Source of the DNA: Deltaproteobacteria bacterium TL4 | GTDB taxonomy: Bacteria > SAR324 > NAC60-12 | Direction of reading: 5' to 3' | Assembly: GCA_051382335.1 (NCBI GenBank) | Contig: JBBCAX010000121.1 | Coordinates: 20,683-84,682, forward strand | DNA: 64,000 nt | In this document: positions 19,235-28,895 of the stretch, piece after piece | Numbering within the stretch: the stretch's first letter is position 1 | How the letters are laid out: every line of letters starts with the position of its first letter | Made by a program: the position numbers and the translations under genes | Notes under the pieces: generated by a model | The model's database searches: none | What the model was told of the DNA's origin: nothing | The model's input: the letters and a program-made list of their open reading frames with translations, nothing else

Positions 19235-19382
19235 GTCTTCCTTTAATTTAAGAGTATAAATTCAAGTCTTAAAATTGAATTTTTTTTCAGCGTTGCTAAC
19301 CCTTTTGTTTTGCAGTTTTCATACATTTTGCTCCAATGACGCAAAATTATTAATTTAATAGTGACTGAAAACAGAATCAGGC

Positions 19383-19578
19383 CTATGGATGTTCATTTAA
19401 ATATATTCAGAAAACTCATCCTGTTGCGAGATCCGTTTAAACAACGCTGTTTCAGGAGTACCAAAGCTGGCTTTGGCCAGAAAGGCGAAGGCCTTGCTTT
19501 GGCTTTGGCCAAAGCCAGCTTTGGCACTCTACAGTCTAGGTCAGACTCAAAGGACTTTATTTAAATGAACGTCTATAG
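19383..19578. mobile_element. MITE family B with internal palindromic doublet
   Basis: TIRs CTATGGATGTTCATTTAAATA / TATTTAAATGAACGTCTATAG; internal GAGTACCAAAGCTGGCTTTGGCC ... GGCCAAAGCCAGCTTTGGCACTC. Confidence 0.75.
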
Positions 19579-19712
19579 TAAAAGGTTGTAAGTCCTTATT
19601 TACCTTACACCCTTGCAGATATAACTCAGTCAGTTAACAATTTCAATGTATATCCGCAGTAAAATGGTGAGCACGCAATTCTTCGGGTAACTTCAATTAG
19701 GGAGACAACATC

Positions 19713-20777
19713 GTGGCTAGATTTCACAAGAAGCAAGAAATAAATCAAGGTCTGGCGCCCGGGTCATTGGTTTTTATTGGAGAAAAGCAAGTCAAGGATA
19801 TCCGGATCCGCGTCCTTGATTACGATGAGATGGAGTTAAGGGAAAATTTTCTGAACAATGTTGGGGACGCTGTCACCTTTTTAAAAACAGATACGGTTAC
19901 CTGGATCAATATCTATGGACTTCATGACATCAACATCATCAAGGAAATGGGGGATGCCTTTGATCTGCATCCACTTTTGTTGGAAGATATTTTGAATACC
20001 GGGCAACGTCCAAAACTTGAAGAATTCAATAATTACGTGTTTATTACGCTTAAAATGCTCCGTTATGATCAAGACACAGAAATGATTATTGCGGATCAAT
20101 TAAGCATGGTTCTGAGCAATACGTTTTTGCTGACATTTCAGGAAAAACCCGCAGATGTCTTTGAACCGGTTCGGGAAAGAATCAGAAAAAGTCGAGGCAG
20201 AATCAGAAATTCCCATACCGATTATCTGGCATATGCCTTGTTGGATACAGTGGTCGACAATTATATCTACATCATTGAAAAAATAGGAAATCAGATAGAG
20301 GATCTTGAGGATGAAGTTCTTAATAAACCTGATGTTGGGGTGATGCATAAAATAAATAATTTAAAAATGGAAATGCATTTTTTACGCAAATCCATACGAC
20401 CTGCCAGAGAAGCCATACTGAAACTCTCGAAATTGGATAGCGATCTTGTTCATGAACAGACACAGCCCTTTCTTAAAGACCTTCAGGATCTTGTTTCACA
20501 GGCGACAGAGTCCATTGATACTTACAGGGATATGTTATCCGATCAGTTGAATCTTTATAACTCTGCCATCAGCAACCACATGAATGATGTTATGAAGGTG
20601 CTGACTATTTTTGCGGCAATATTCATTCCTTTGACCTTTATCACAGGGGTCTATGGAACCAACTTTGAGTACCTCCCTGAGCTCAAATACAAATACGGCT
20701 ATTTTATTTTTTGGGGAGTGCTTATTTTCGTAGGTAGCACGATGGTCGCTTTTTTTAAACGAAAAGGTTGGTTATGA
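19713..20777 (+). CDS. corA: magnesium/cobalt transporter CorA
   Basis: GLAPGSL, LHPLLLEDI, QRPKLEE, MNDVMKVLT, YGTNF (GMN variant), PEL. Confidence 0.93.
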   Translation: MARFHKKQEINQGLAPGSLVFIGEKQVKDIRIRVLDYDEMELRENFLNNVGDAVTFLKTDTVTWINIYGLHDINIIKEMGDAFDLHPLLLEDILNTGQRPKLEEFNNYVFITLKMLRYDQDTEMIIADQLSMVLSNTFLLTFQEKPADVFEPVRERIRKSRGRIRNSHTDYLAYALLDTVVDNYIYIIEKIGNQIEDLEDEVLNKPDVGVMHKINNLKMEMHFLRKSIRPAREAILKLSKLDSDLVHEQTQPFLKDLQDLVSQATESIDTYRDMLSDQLNLYNSAISNHMNDVMKVLTIFAAIFIPLTFITGVYGTNFEYLPELKYKYGYFIFWGVLIFVGSTMVAFFKRKGWL

Positions 20778-20835
20778 AGGATCGGTTGATGGTAACCAAT
20801 GTTGTTAGTTTGGCAAAAATTTTTATAGGAGCATC

Positions 20836-21912
20836 ATGAGCATGAAATTCATGTATTTATTCGGAATTATTTCTGTGGTTGGGATCATCGTTTTCATTTC
20901 TTCACTAAGGGCAGAAGAGCCTTTGGTTGTTGGCGTTAACCCCGCCCCCCCTTTTGTGATAGTCGAACCTGGAACTAATAAACTGAGTGGTTTTTCCATC
21001 GACTTGATTGAAGCCATCGCGCAAACCTTAACTCCCCCCCGCAACATTCGCTATGACCTCTCTCCGGATTTACTGACCCATCTGGAAAGCCTTCGAGCCC
21101 AAAAAGTGGATCTGGGAATTGCGGCAACGACCATTACCCCTAAAAGAGAGGAAATTTATGATTTTTCCCATGCTTTTTTCCAAGGAAACCTGGCCGTTTT
21201 AACCAAAGCTGAAGGCGATTGGAAAAACGCATTGCGTATGCTGTTTTCCCCAAAGTTACTGGAGTTGTTACTCTCCCTTTTTATTTATCTCCTTATATGC
21301 GCTCACTTGATCTGGTTTTTGGAACGCGAGAATTCCACCTTTAATAAAAAATGGCTTCCTGGAATCATGGAAGGCATTTGGTGGACTGTCGTGACGATGT
21401 CTACGGTAGGATATGGGGATTTCGTCCCCAAAAAAACAATCAGCCGAATTTTAGGGATTTTTATCATTTTTACGGGAATCATTTTTTTTGGTATCGCGAT
21501 TGCGGGCATGACCTCACTATTCACCGTCTATCAAATGAATTCACGGATTGAAGGAATTAGTAGCTTACCAGGACGCAAAGTTGGTGTCATTAAAGGAACC
21601 CTCGGCGCGAAGTCCGCTGAAAAAAGAAAAACCATAGTCTCGACTTTTGAATCTATGGACACGGCAATGGAGGCCCTGAAGGAAAATAAAATTGAGGCCA
21701 TCCTTCATGATATGCCGCTAATTCGCTATTATATCAAGGATGCGGGAGATCAGTTTGTTCTCATTGACAGAGGTTTTGCCGTCACAGGTTATGGCATCAC
21801 CTTTCCCTCAGGAAGCCCCTTGAGAGAAAGTGTCAATATCGCCTTACTGACTCTGATGAACAGTGGACAGTACGAGACTTTGAAGCAAAAATGGTTCGGG
21901 CATTTAAACTGA
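20836..21912 (+). CDS. GluR0-like ligand-gated potassium channel (split SBP_bac_3 domain with inserted pore)
   Basis: APPFV..GFSIDL, ITPKREEIYDFS; TM-WWTVVTMSTVGYGDFVP-TM; YGITFPSGSPLRESVNIALL. Confidence 0.88.
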   Translation: MSMKFMYLFGIISVVGIIVFISSLRAEEPLVVGVNPAPPFVIVEPGTNKLSGFSIDLIEAIAQTLTPPRNIRYDLSPDLLTHLESLRAQKVDLGIAATTITPKREEIYDFSHAFFQGNLAVLTKAEGDWKNALRMLFSPKLLELLLSLFIYLLICAHLIWFLERENSTFNKKWLPGIMEGIWWTVVTMSTVGYGDFVPKKTISRILGIFIIFTGIIFFGIAIAGMTSLFTVYQMNSRIEGISSLPGRKVGVIKGTLGAKSAEKRKTIVSTFESMDTAMEALKENKIEAILHDMPLIRYYIKDAGDQFVLIDRGFAVTGYGITFPSGSPLRESVNIALLTLMNSGQYETLKQKWFGHLN

Positions 21913-22114
21913 GTAGGGGATTTTCCAAATGACGCATTCATCATGACTTCTCTTTGCATTTCCTTTTTAATGGTGTATGCATAAGCTCAAATCCGTGAAG
22001 TTTTTTTTAGCGTAATCCGTGAACTCTTACAGACAAACTCATCACCGGTAGGATACGATTAGAAATTGTTGGTCACTTTCTAAATAAAATACTTTCTTTC
22101 ATCAATGCGAAACT

Positions 22115-22339
22115 ATGATTGAGCGAAGAAACCCTGAAAATCTTCTACTTCGTCGGCAATGTGAAGAAATTGAGAATTATATTATGCAGTTTCCGAAAGC
22201 AGAGAGGGAACGTCGAATGTTGGAATGGATTGAAAACTACGCCTGTAGTTATCGGGAAAATATGGAAACAATTATGTCGTTTGTTGAGCGAAATCTAAAG
22301 CATCAGCAGAAAAAACGTAAATCTAGCATAAAAGGATAA
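22115..22339 (+). CDS. small hypothetical protein
   Basis: 74 aa, ends 4 bp before the next gene; EWIENYA motif. Confidence 0.6.
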   Translation: MIERRNPENLLLRRQCEEIENYIMQFPKAERERRMLEWIENYACSYRENMETIMSFVERNLKHQQKKRKSSIKG

Positions 22340-22343
22340 GATC

Positions 22344-23366
22344 ATGAACACCACCCCACTATTGGGCCCCCTATTGATTACAGGGGCCAACGGTTTTATT
22401 GGAAGATATTTGATAAAACGCCTGGTTTCTGAAAATCATCAAGTTCGAGCATTAGTCCTTCCGGGAGAAATCACAGATCCAACCTGGAATCGTCAAGTGG
22501 AAATTTACCGTGGAGATATCACGCAACCCGAGACCCTGGGACCTGCGTTTGAAGGGGTCCAGACGGTATTTCATTTAGCGAGTGTAGTGACTGATTGGGG
22601 AAAGGAATCTTTGTTTCAGGCCGTGACCGTTGAAGGAACACGAAACATCATGAACCGGTCAGCGGAGGTGCAGGCACGAGTGGTCCTCATTTCAAGCTTT
22701 GTGGTTTATGGAGACGCACTGCTATTGGACCTCTGTACAGAGGACCACCCTTATGGAAAGCCGTTAGGCCCTTATAGTCGAAGTAAACAACAACAAGAAC
22801 AGGTAGCCTTGGAAATTGCAGACAAACGGAAGGTCGCACTCAGCATTATTCGACCAACCAATGTCTTTGGTCCCGGCAGTTTATTGTGGGTTGATGAAGT
22901 CGTAAAACAACTTCAATGGGGGGTTCCTGTACTTGTTGGCTTCAAAGCTAAAAATGCGGGATTATGTTATGTAGACCATGTGGTTGATATTATGATACGG
23001 GCGGCTTCGATGCCTATTGCGGTGGGACGAATCTATAATGCCAGTGATGGTTCGGAGATCACCTGGAAACGCTACTTTTCTGACCTGGCAAAGCTCTCAG
23101 GAGCCCCCCGTCCCAAGTTTATTCCTTGGCATATGGCCAAACTCAGCGCTGAAGCTTGTGAAAAAATATGGAATGTGCTTGAGTTAAAACAGCGTCCGCC
23201 CTTAACACTGGAAGCCCTGAATCTGGTGGGATCGAATCATCGGGTTCCCATCACCAGGGCTTTGGAAGAATTGGATTACAAGCCGCTGAATACCTACCGG
23301 GAAAGCATGCAGGATGTGGGACAATATATACAAGAGAAAGGTCTGAATAAAAAGAGAAAACGCTAA
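22344..23366 (+). CDS. NAD-dependent epimerase/dehydratase (3-beta-HSD-like extended SDR)
   Basis: TGANGFIG, VFHLAS, YSRSK, IIRPTNVFGPG. Confidence 0.88.
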   Translation: MNTTPLLGPLLITGANGFIGRYLIKRLVSENHQVRALVLPGEITDPTWNRQVEIYRGDITQPETLGPAFEGVQTVFHLASVVTDWGKESLFQAVTVEGTRNIMNRSAEVQARVVLISSFVVYGDALLLDLCTEDHPYGKPLGPYSRSKQQQEQVALEIADKRKVALSIIRPTNVFGPGSLLWVDEVVKQLQWGVPVLVGFKAKNAGLCYVDHVVDIMIRAASMPIAVGRIYNASDGSEITWKRYFSDLAKLSGAPRPKFIPWHMAKLSAEACEKIWNVLELKQRPPLTLEALNLVGSNHRVPITRALEELDYKPLNTYRESMQDVGQYIQEKGLNKKRKR

Positions 23367-23412
23367 GGACACGCTAGGAGACTGTCCGAGAATAGAAGTT
23401 GAGCCTAAGGAA

Positions 23413-23492
23413 GGTGCCGCTTAAGCGAAGCGAGCGCACCAAAAATAAGGGGACAGCAAGCTTTCTGGTGTGCTCGCTTCGCTTAGGAATGC
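23413..23492. repeat. REP-like inverted doublet, same unit as the 61860 array
   Basis: GGTGCCGCTTAAGCGAAGCGAGCGCACC ... GGTGTGCTCGCTTCGCTTAG. Confidence 0.75.
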
Positions 23493-23652
23493 TAAAAATA
23501 TAACATAGGAACTTTCCATTTTTTATCAATGACGTTATCATTCCTCAATTTACCCTAAATGTAGGGTAATGATGCGGCAATTTTATGATACCGAGATCGA
23601 AGATTTTATGAAAGCGACTTATAACTGTTCGCAAGGTCAACTTGATTACCTT

Positions 23653-23935
23653 GTGTACGCCCAAGGAGTGTGATCTGATGGGGTAAAATAGAGGAAAGCC
23701 TCTGGCTTTCAAAGCTATGGAACCGATCCTGTGGCACTGGCGGGAAACCAGCCAGCAAACTGCGGACAAACCGTGTTCCTAAGGTAAGGGAGACCATGAC
23801 CATTTAGCGAAAGGCAAGGGCGAAAGCGAGTGATCGTCTGAAAGCCTGTCCTGAGCGTCGTCGAAGGGAAGCCCGGAGCAAATTGATGAACATCTCAAAT
23901 CGGTCATGATAAGTGTTACACCAGTCGTTTATAAC
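23653..23935 (+). mobile_element. probable group II intron 5' fragment (domain I), no RT ORF
   Basis: GTACGCCC start resembling GUGYG; GGCAAGGGCGAAAG...TCTGAAAG...GGAAGCCCGGAGCAAA resembles the conserved D1d region; recognised from memory only. Confidence 0.45.
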
Positions 23936-23989
23936 CTGTTGATATCCTGCGAAGGGTATCCAGTTTCTTGCTGATATTCCAGATTTTTC

Positions 23990-24018
23990 TTGACTTGCGC
24001 AAGAATATCCCCTTAAAT
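23990..24018 (+). promoter_or_regulatory. putative sigma70 promoter of the leu leader
   Basis: TTGACT-N17-TTAAAT about 50 bp upstream of the leader ATG. Confidence 0.4.
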
Positions 24019-24067
24019 GGACGCTCAGAAGCTAATACAATTACTATCCATTGACCAGAGTGTTATC

Positions 24068-24124
24068 ATGAGTCCCGAATTGTCCACGTTGCAACTCTTA
24101 TTGCTCTTATATTCAGTCCATTGA
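24068..24124 (+). CDS. leucine attenuator leader peptide MSPELSTLQLLLLLYSVH
   Basis: 18 codons, 7 Leu including 5 consecutive (CTC TTA TTG CTC TTA), directly upstream of a terminator and leuA. Confidence 0.85.
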   Translation: MSPELSTLQLLLLLYSVH

Positions 24125-24180
24125 AGGAGAGTGCTGCAGTGCATCGTGTGATTACTACTGTGGGCATTCACCCACAGTTC

Positions 24181-24216
24181 AAAAGCCGTGGGTGTTCCCC
24201 CCACGGCTTTTTTTTT
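24181..24216 (+). terminator. attenuator intrinsic terminator
   Basis: AAAAGCCGTGGG-loop-CCCACGGCTTTT followed by a T run, 41 bp before the leuA start. Confidence 0.88.
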
Positions 24217-24257
24217 ATCTTTTTTTTACTAATTCTGCCGGATTATAGGAGGAGATT

Positions 24258-25961
24258 ATGTCTCAAATGTCGATACACAAATACCGAGCTACTACCCCTG
24301 TTGACCTTTCCGATCGTCAATGGCCATCCCGAAGCATAACGCAAGCACCCATTTGGTGTAGTGTCGACCTACGTGACGGAAACCAGGCGTTAAAAGATCC
24401 CATGAGCATTTCCCAAAAATTAGAAATGTTCCAACTTTTAGTACAAATAGGGTTTAAGGAAATTGAGATCGGCTTTCCTTCAGCATCCCAAGTCGAGTAT
24501 GATTTTTTAAGGACACTTATCGAAGATAAGTTGATTCCTGAGGATATTACCGTGCAAGTATTAACGCAGGCACGGGATCATTTGATCGAAAAAACATTTG
24601 AATCGCTGAAAGGAGTCAAAAAGGCCATTGTCCACTTGTATAACGCCACCTCCGAGTTGCAAAGGCGCGTTGTCTTCCGTATGAATAAAGCAGAAATATT
24701 AAAAATCGCGGTAGATGGCGCAAAACTACTTCAGATAGGCAAGGATGGTTTGCCAGGGACTCAAATACGCTTTGAATATTCTCCCGAAAGTTTTACGGGA
24801 ACAGAAATCGATTATGCTCTTGAAGTATGTGAAGCCGTTATTGATGTGTGGAAACCGACACCAGAAAACAAAGCCATTCTGAATTTGCCCGCAACCGTCG
24901 AGATGTCAACCCCCAACATCTATGCGGACTCGATTGAGTGGTTTTCCCGCAATATCAGTTGTCGGGACTCTGTCACTATCAGTCTCCACACTCATAATGA
25001 TCGGGGAACAGGCGTCGCGGCATCGGAATTAGCGTTGATGGCAGGAGCCGATAGAGTGGAAGGAACGCTGTTTGGCAACGGTGAACGTACCGGTAATCTG
25101 GATATCACCACTATGGCGTTGAATATGTTTTCACAAGGCGTCGATCCTCACCTCGACCTTACCGATATTCAACACGTGGTTAAAATCTATGGACGTTGTA
25201 CGGGAATGATTGTTCATCCGAGACACCCTTATGCCGGAGAACTCGTGTATACGGCCTTTTCAGGTTCACACCAGGATGCCATCAGTAAAGGCATGCATGC
25301 GTATGATGAAGCTAAATCAGGGATCTGGGAAGTTCCTTATTTGCCCATTGATCCACGAGATTTAGGATGTAGTTATGAAGCGATTATCCGGATTAACAGT
25401 CAATCCGGCAAAGGCGGGGTCGCCTATATCATGGAGACTGATTTTGGTTATAAATTGCCCAAGGCAATGCATCCAGACTTTGGTAAAATCATCCAAAATT
25501 ATACGGATAGAACGGGCACCGAGGCCACACCTCAACAAATACATGAGCATTTTAAGAAAGAATACTTAAATACCACTCATCCCTTTTCTTTGCAGGATTT
25601 CCAGGTTCATACTCATTCTTCACATGAAAAAGGCTCCGAAGTCCGTTCGGATATGGATGCGGAGTTGTTAGTTCAAGGCAAATCAGTTAGAATTTCGGGC
25701 AAAGGCAATGGTCCCATTGATGCGTTTGCACATGGAATTCGGGATGCTCAACTGGCACAGTTTAGATTGACGTCTTATGATGAACACGCCCTTGAAAAAG
25801 GTTCAGACTCCCATGCGGCTGCCTACATTGAAATCGAAACGGAGGATCATGAACGATATTTTGGCGTCGGTGTTGATGTTGATATCAGTGTCGCCTCAAT
25901 GAAAGCGATTCTTAGTGCATTGAACCGAGCCTATGCCAATCAAAGTTTGTCCCTCCTCTAA
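24258..25961 (+). CDS. leuA: 2-isopropylmalate synthase (yeast/actinobacterial type)
   Basis: WCSVDLRDGNQAL, FEYSPESF, LHTHNDRGT, GNGERTGN, AFSGSHQDAI, IRINSQSGKGG; AGGAGG RBS. Confidence 0.97.
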   Translation: MSQMSIHKYRATTPVDLSDRQWPSRSITQAPIWCSVDLRDGNQALKDPMSISQKLEMFQLLVQIGFKEIEIGFPSASQVEYDFLRTLIEDKLIPEDITVQVLTQARDHLIEKTFESLKGVKKAIVHLYNATSELQRRVVFRMNKAEILKIAVDGAKLLQIGKDGLPGTQIRFEYSPESFTGTEIDYALEVCEAVIDVWKPTPENKAILNLPATVEMSTPNIYADSIEWFSRNISCRDSVTISLHTHNDRGTGVAASELALMAGADRVEGTLFGNGERTGNLDITTMALNMFSQGVDPHLDLTDIQHVVKIYGRCTGMIVHPRHPYAGELVYTAFSGSHQDAISKGMHAYDEAKSGIWEVPYLPIDPRDLGCSYEAIIRINSQSGKGGVAYIMETDFGYKLPKAMHPDFGKIIQNYTDRTGTEATPQQIHEHFKKEYLNTTHPFSLQDFQVHTHSSHEKGSEVRSDMDAELLVQGKSVRISGKGNGPIDAFAHGIRDAQLAQFRLTSYDEHALEKGSDSHAAAYIEIETEDHERYFGVGVDVDISVASMKAILSALNRAYANQSLSLL

Positions 25962-26008
25962 GGAAAATGTTTCCGTAAAAACTGTACGGGTTTGAGAACA
26001 TGACTTTC

Positions 26009-26040
26009 AGGGGCAAGGTAAGGAACACAACCCTTGCCCC
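26009..26040 (+). terminator. hairpin downstream of leuA
   Basis: GGGGCAAGG ... CCTTGCCCC followed by a pyrimidine tract. Confidence 0.45.
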
Positions 26041-26231
26041 TTCTCCTCTTCCCTCCCTCACTTTAAAAAAGTTTTAAAAATAATCATTTCAATATTGTAA
26101 AACAGTAGCGTTTACTGATAATTAGGTATTAGGACACTCATTGTTTGGAGCAGAAAAAACTCAACCTTCAAATAAGCATTGATCTCTGGACTCACCCGAA
26201 CTTGTGGCAGCATTATTGGTAAAGGCGAATT

Positions 26232-27023
26232 ATGCAGGTAAACGTTAATAAAAAAGATAAATTTAAATGCGGATTTTCCTTTATGGAAATCATGATTTCC
26301 TTAGGCATTATTGGGATTCTTGCAGGAACAATTGTCCCCTTGTCAACCAAAATGATGTCTAAACTAAACATCACAGCAACTCAAAAAGAACTTCAACGTT
26401 TAGAAGAAGGTTTGCTTGGATACTATCGTAGCTACAGCAAATATCCTTCAAAACTGGAATTATTGTGGACCGATAAAGAAGGACCTTTCGTTTCAGGATC
26501 AATTCAGGATTTGTCCAAAGATGCGTGGGGTGAACCCTATCTTTATTATCAAGGAGAGAAGCCTTATGAAGTGATTATTCGCTCAAAAGGACAAAATCGC
26601 AAAATTGCATCAAAACCGGAGGATCCTCAGGATGATTTAGTGCATATAGTTTCCGCACGTTTAATTCTTGGGGAACAACAAGAAAATACCAAAAAAGCCT
26701 CTGACGTATTGATACAGGCGATGGTTGGGCGGCTTATCATGTTTGATGAGTTGGTAAAAAGTTGCGACCGTTTTTACGACAGGCTTGATCTAAGCAATAC
26801 GCTTGGGATACAAGGTTTTTTTAAAAATAATAATAACCTTGGCGATACACGTGTTGTCTGGCGAGAATTACAACGAAAGTGCGATTGTGATAATCAAGAT
26901 AATGAGGAATGTCCGGCAATTTATAGTGAAAATTTTTTAGCTATTCCCGGAAAAGACCCTTGGGGGCATTATTTTCGATGGGATATCAAAAAACATGAGT
27001 TTTATAGCACAGGACCCCGATAA
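26232..27023 (+). CDS. type II secretion GspG-like pseudopilin
   Basis: Basic leader then G|FSFMEIMISLGIIGILA prepilin site; KDAWGEPY and KDPWGHYF motifs. Confidence 0.8.
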   Translation: MQVNVNKKDKFKCGFSFMEIMISLGIIGILAGTIVPLSTKMMSKLNITATQKELQRLEEGLLGYYRSYSKYPSKLELLWTDKEGPFVSGSIQDLSKDAWGEPYLYYQGEKPYEVIIRSKGQNRKIASKPEDPQDDLVHIVSARLILGEQQENTKKASDVLIQAMVGRLIMFDELVKSCDRFYDRLDLSNTLGIQGFFKNNNNLGDTRVVWRELQRKCDCDNQDNEECPAIYSENFLAIPGKDPWGHYFRWDIKKHEFYSTGPR

Positions 27024-27043
27024 CCCTTAAAACACAAGCCTGT

Positions 27044-28708
27044 ATGTCAAAAATCTGGAGCCGTAAAAAAAAAATATTGAACGAAATCACAGGACTTGAA
27101 ACCAGCGAAAACAAGACGTCTGCTGATTCAGAATATGCGCTTCGTCGATTCCACTCCATCATGGATAAGGCCTCCGATGCCTTTATGATTACTGAAGTCA
27201 GGACTGGAACGATTATTGAGATCAATAAGTCGGCATGTGATCTCCTTGGCTATACACGCAAAGAAATTCTAGACTTAAACAGTAAAGAGCTTGATGTTCT
27301 GAACCTAAGAAATCCCAAATTGAAGACGTCTGTATTCTCCAGACTCAAAAGCAAACAAGAGATTAACATTTTGCCTCAGTGTATTCAAAAACGCAAGGAT
27401 GGATCCCTGTTCCCTGTAGAAGTTTCCATCTCTCAAAAACGCTTTGACCGCAAAGATTATAGGCTAATCGTTTTTAGGGATATCACTGCGAGGAATGAAA
27501 TGGAGAAAGAACTCCTTATTGCAAAAGAGCAAGCCGAAGAAATGAGTTGGTTTAAAACAAACTTCCTGGCCAATATGAGTCATGAAATTCGAACTCCTTT
27601 AAATGCGATTCTAGGATTCGCACACCTCTTACAAGAATCCATGATTCAAGAACGATATCAGGCCTATATTGAACCCATTATTAAAAATGGCCAAAGGCTG
27701 CTAAAAACCATCAATAACATCATCGAGCTTTCGAGCCTGGAATCGAAACAATATGAACTCGAACCTATCGAATTGGATCTGAACGAGGAATGTCATTCTA
27801 TTGTTCACTTAATGACTCCTCTTGCACAAGAAAAAAAACTCTCTTTGTCCATTGTTTCTAAAAACTCCAACGTCTATGCAAAACTGGACCGAATGGCTTT
27901 CAGTAAAATTCTGAATTATTTAGTTGGGAACGCTCTTAAATTTACCATTGAAGGAGAAATTAGAGTGGAAGTGGATAGAACTCATGAAGGCAGCGAGGAC
28001 TGGGCTGTAATTCGAATTATCGACACAGGAATAGGCATTAATACCGATTTTGTTTCCCAAATCTTTGAACAATTCATACAGGAAAGCAGTGGCTATAACC
28101 GCAAATATGAAGGATCGGGTTTAGGTTTAAGCATTACGGCGGAACTAATCAAATTGATGAATGGGCATGTGAAGGTTGAAAGTCAGCCTAATGTAGGCTC
28201 CATTTTCCAAGTTTATTTCCCTGCAATGGAACATATTATTTCTTATTCCGCCACAGAAAACAAAGACCTTTGGCGTGATTTTTCGTATGAACTTCCTAAA
28301 AATCCTCTGCCTAGAATATTACTTGTAGAAAATGATTCGGATTGCCAGGAATTAACCAAATGCTTCATTGAATCTTTTTGCCAGCTTGATATCGTTTCAA
28401 ACGGGGAGGAAGCCCTTGAAAAGGCTAAAAGCAAACAATATGAGGTTGTTCTATTAGATATCAATTTAGGTACGGGAATCGACGGGAGAGAGGTCACCAG
28501 ACAATTGCGAAAGATGCCTGACTATCAAAACACTTCAATCATTGCACTGACCGCATATGCGATGAAAGGTGATAAAAAGCAATTTTTGAAGGAAGGTATG
28601 AATGACTACCTTTCTAAACCCTACTCCAAGCAGCATCTCGTCCTTTTGATCAAACGACTGCTTAAAGAGAGGAAAAAAAGCTTGAAAAACCTTGATAAAT
28701 CCGCATAA
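27044..28708 (+). CDS. cytoplasmic PAS-HisKA-HATPase-REC hybrid histidine kinase
   Basis: PAS (RKDGSLFPVEV), FLANMSHEIRTPLN, NALKFT, DTGIG, GSGLGL, receiver LLDINL and YLSKP. Confidence 0.93.
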   Translation: MSKIWSRKKKILNEITGLETSENKTSADSEYALRRFHSIMDKASDAFMITEVRTGTIIEINKSACDLLGYTRKEILDLNSKELDVLNLRNPKLKTSVFSRLKSKQEINILPQCIQKRKDGSLFPVEVSISQKRFDRKDYRLIVFRDITARNEMEKELLIAKEQAEEMSWFKTNFLANMSHEIRTPLNAILGFAHLLQESMIQERYQAYIEPIIKNGQRLLKTINNIIELSSLESKQYELEPIELDLNEECHSIVHLMTPLAQEKKLSLSIVSKNSNVYAKLDRMAFSKILNYLVGNALKFTIEGEIRVEVDRTHEGSEDWAVIRIIDTGIGINTDFVSQIFEQFIQESSGYNRKYEGSGLGLSITAELIKLMNGHVKVESQPNVGSIFQVYFPAMEHIISYSATENKDLWRDFSYELPKNPLPRILLVENDSDCQELTKCFIESFCQLDIVSNGEEALEKAKSKQYEVVLLDINLGTGIDGREVTRQLRKMPDYQNTSIIALTAYAMKGDKKQFLKEGMNDYLSKPYSKQHLVLLIKRLLKERKKSLKNLDKSA

Positions 28709-28895
28709 GTAAGTCCTTTATAGAAGTGAGTCGAGTGACTCAAGCCTTGGTGGTTTATTCTTTGTGATTCTTTATGGCTGCGTCATTACGATTTTTTTGA
28801 CTTCTTTAGTGATTTTATGTAAACAGGGTATAGTTGTTCTAACTGCGTAGGCTGGAGCCGTTCTTGTATTGTTAATTTTACATGGTGCGTTCATC

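Noticed and set aside
19361..19564. 67-aa ORF
   Set aside because: Lies within a MITE with palindromic interior; no protein-like features.
23545..23803. Two short minus-strand ORFs
   Set aside because: No motifs; antisense to the probable intron remnant.
24121..24339. 72-aa ORF before leuA
   Set aside because: Runs through the attenuator terminator and overlaps leuA out of frame.
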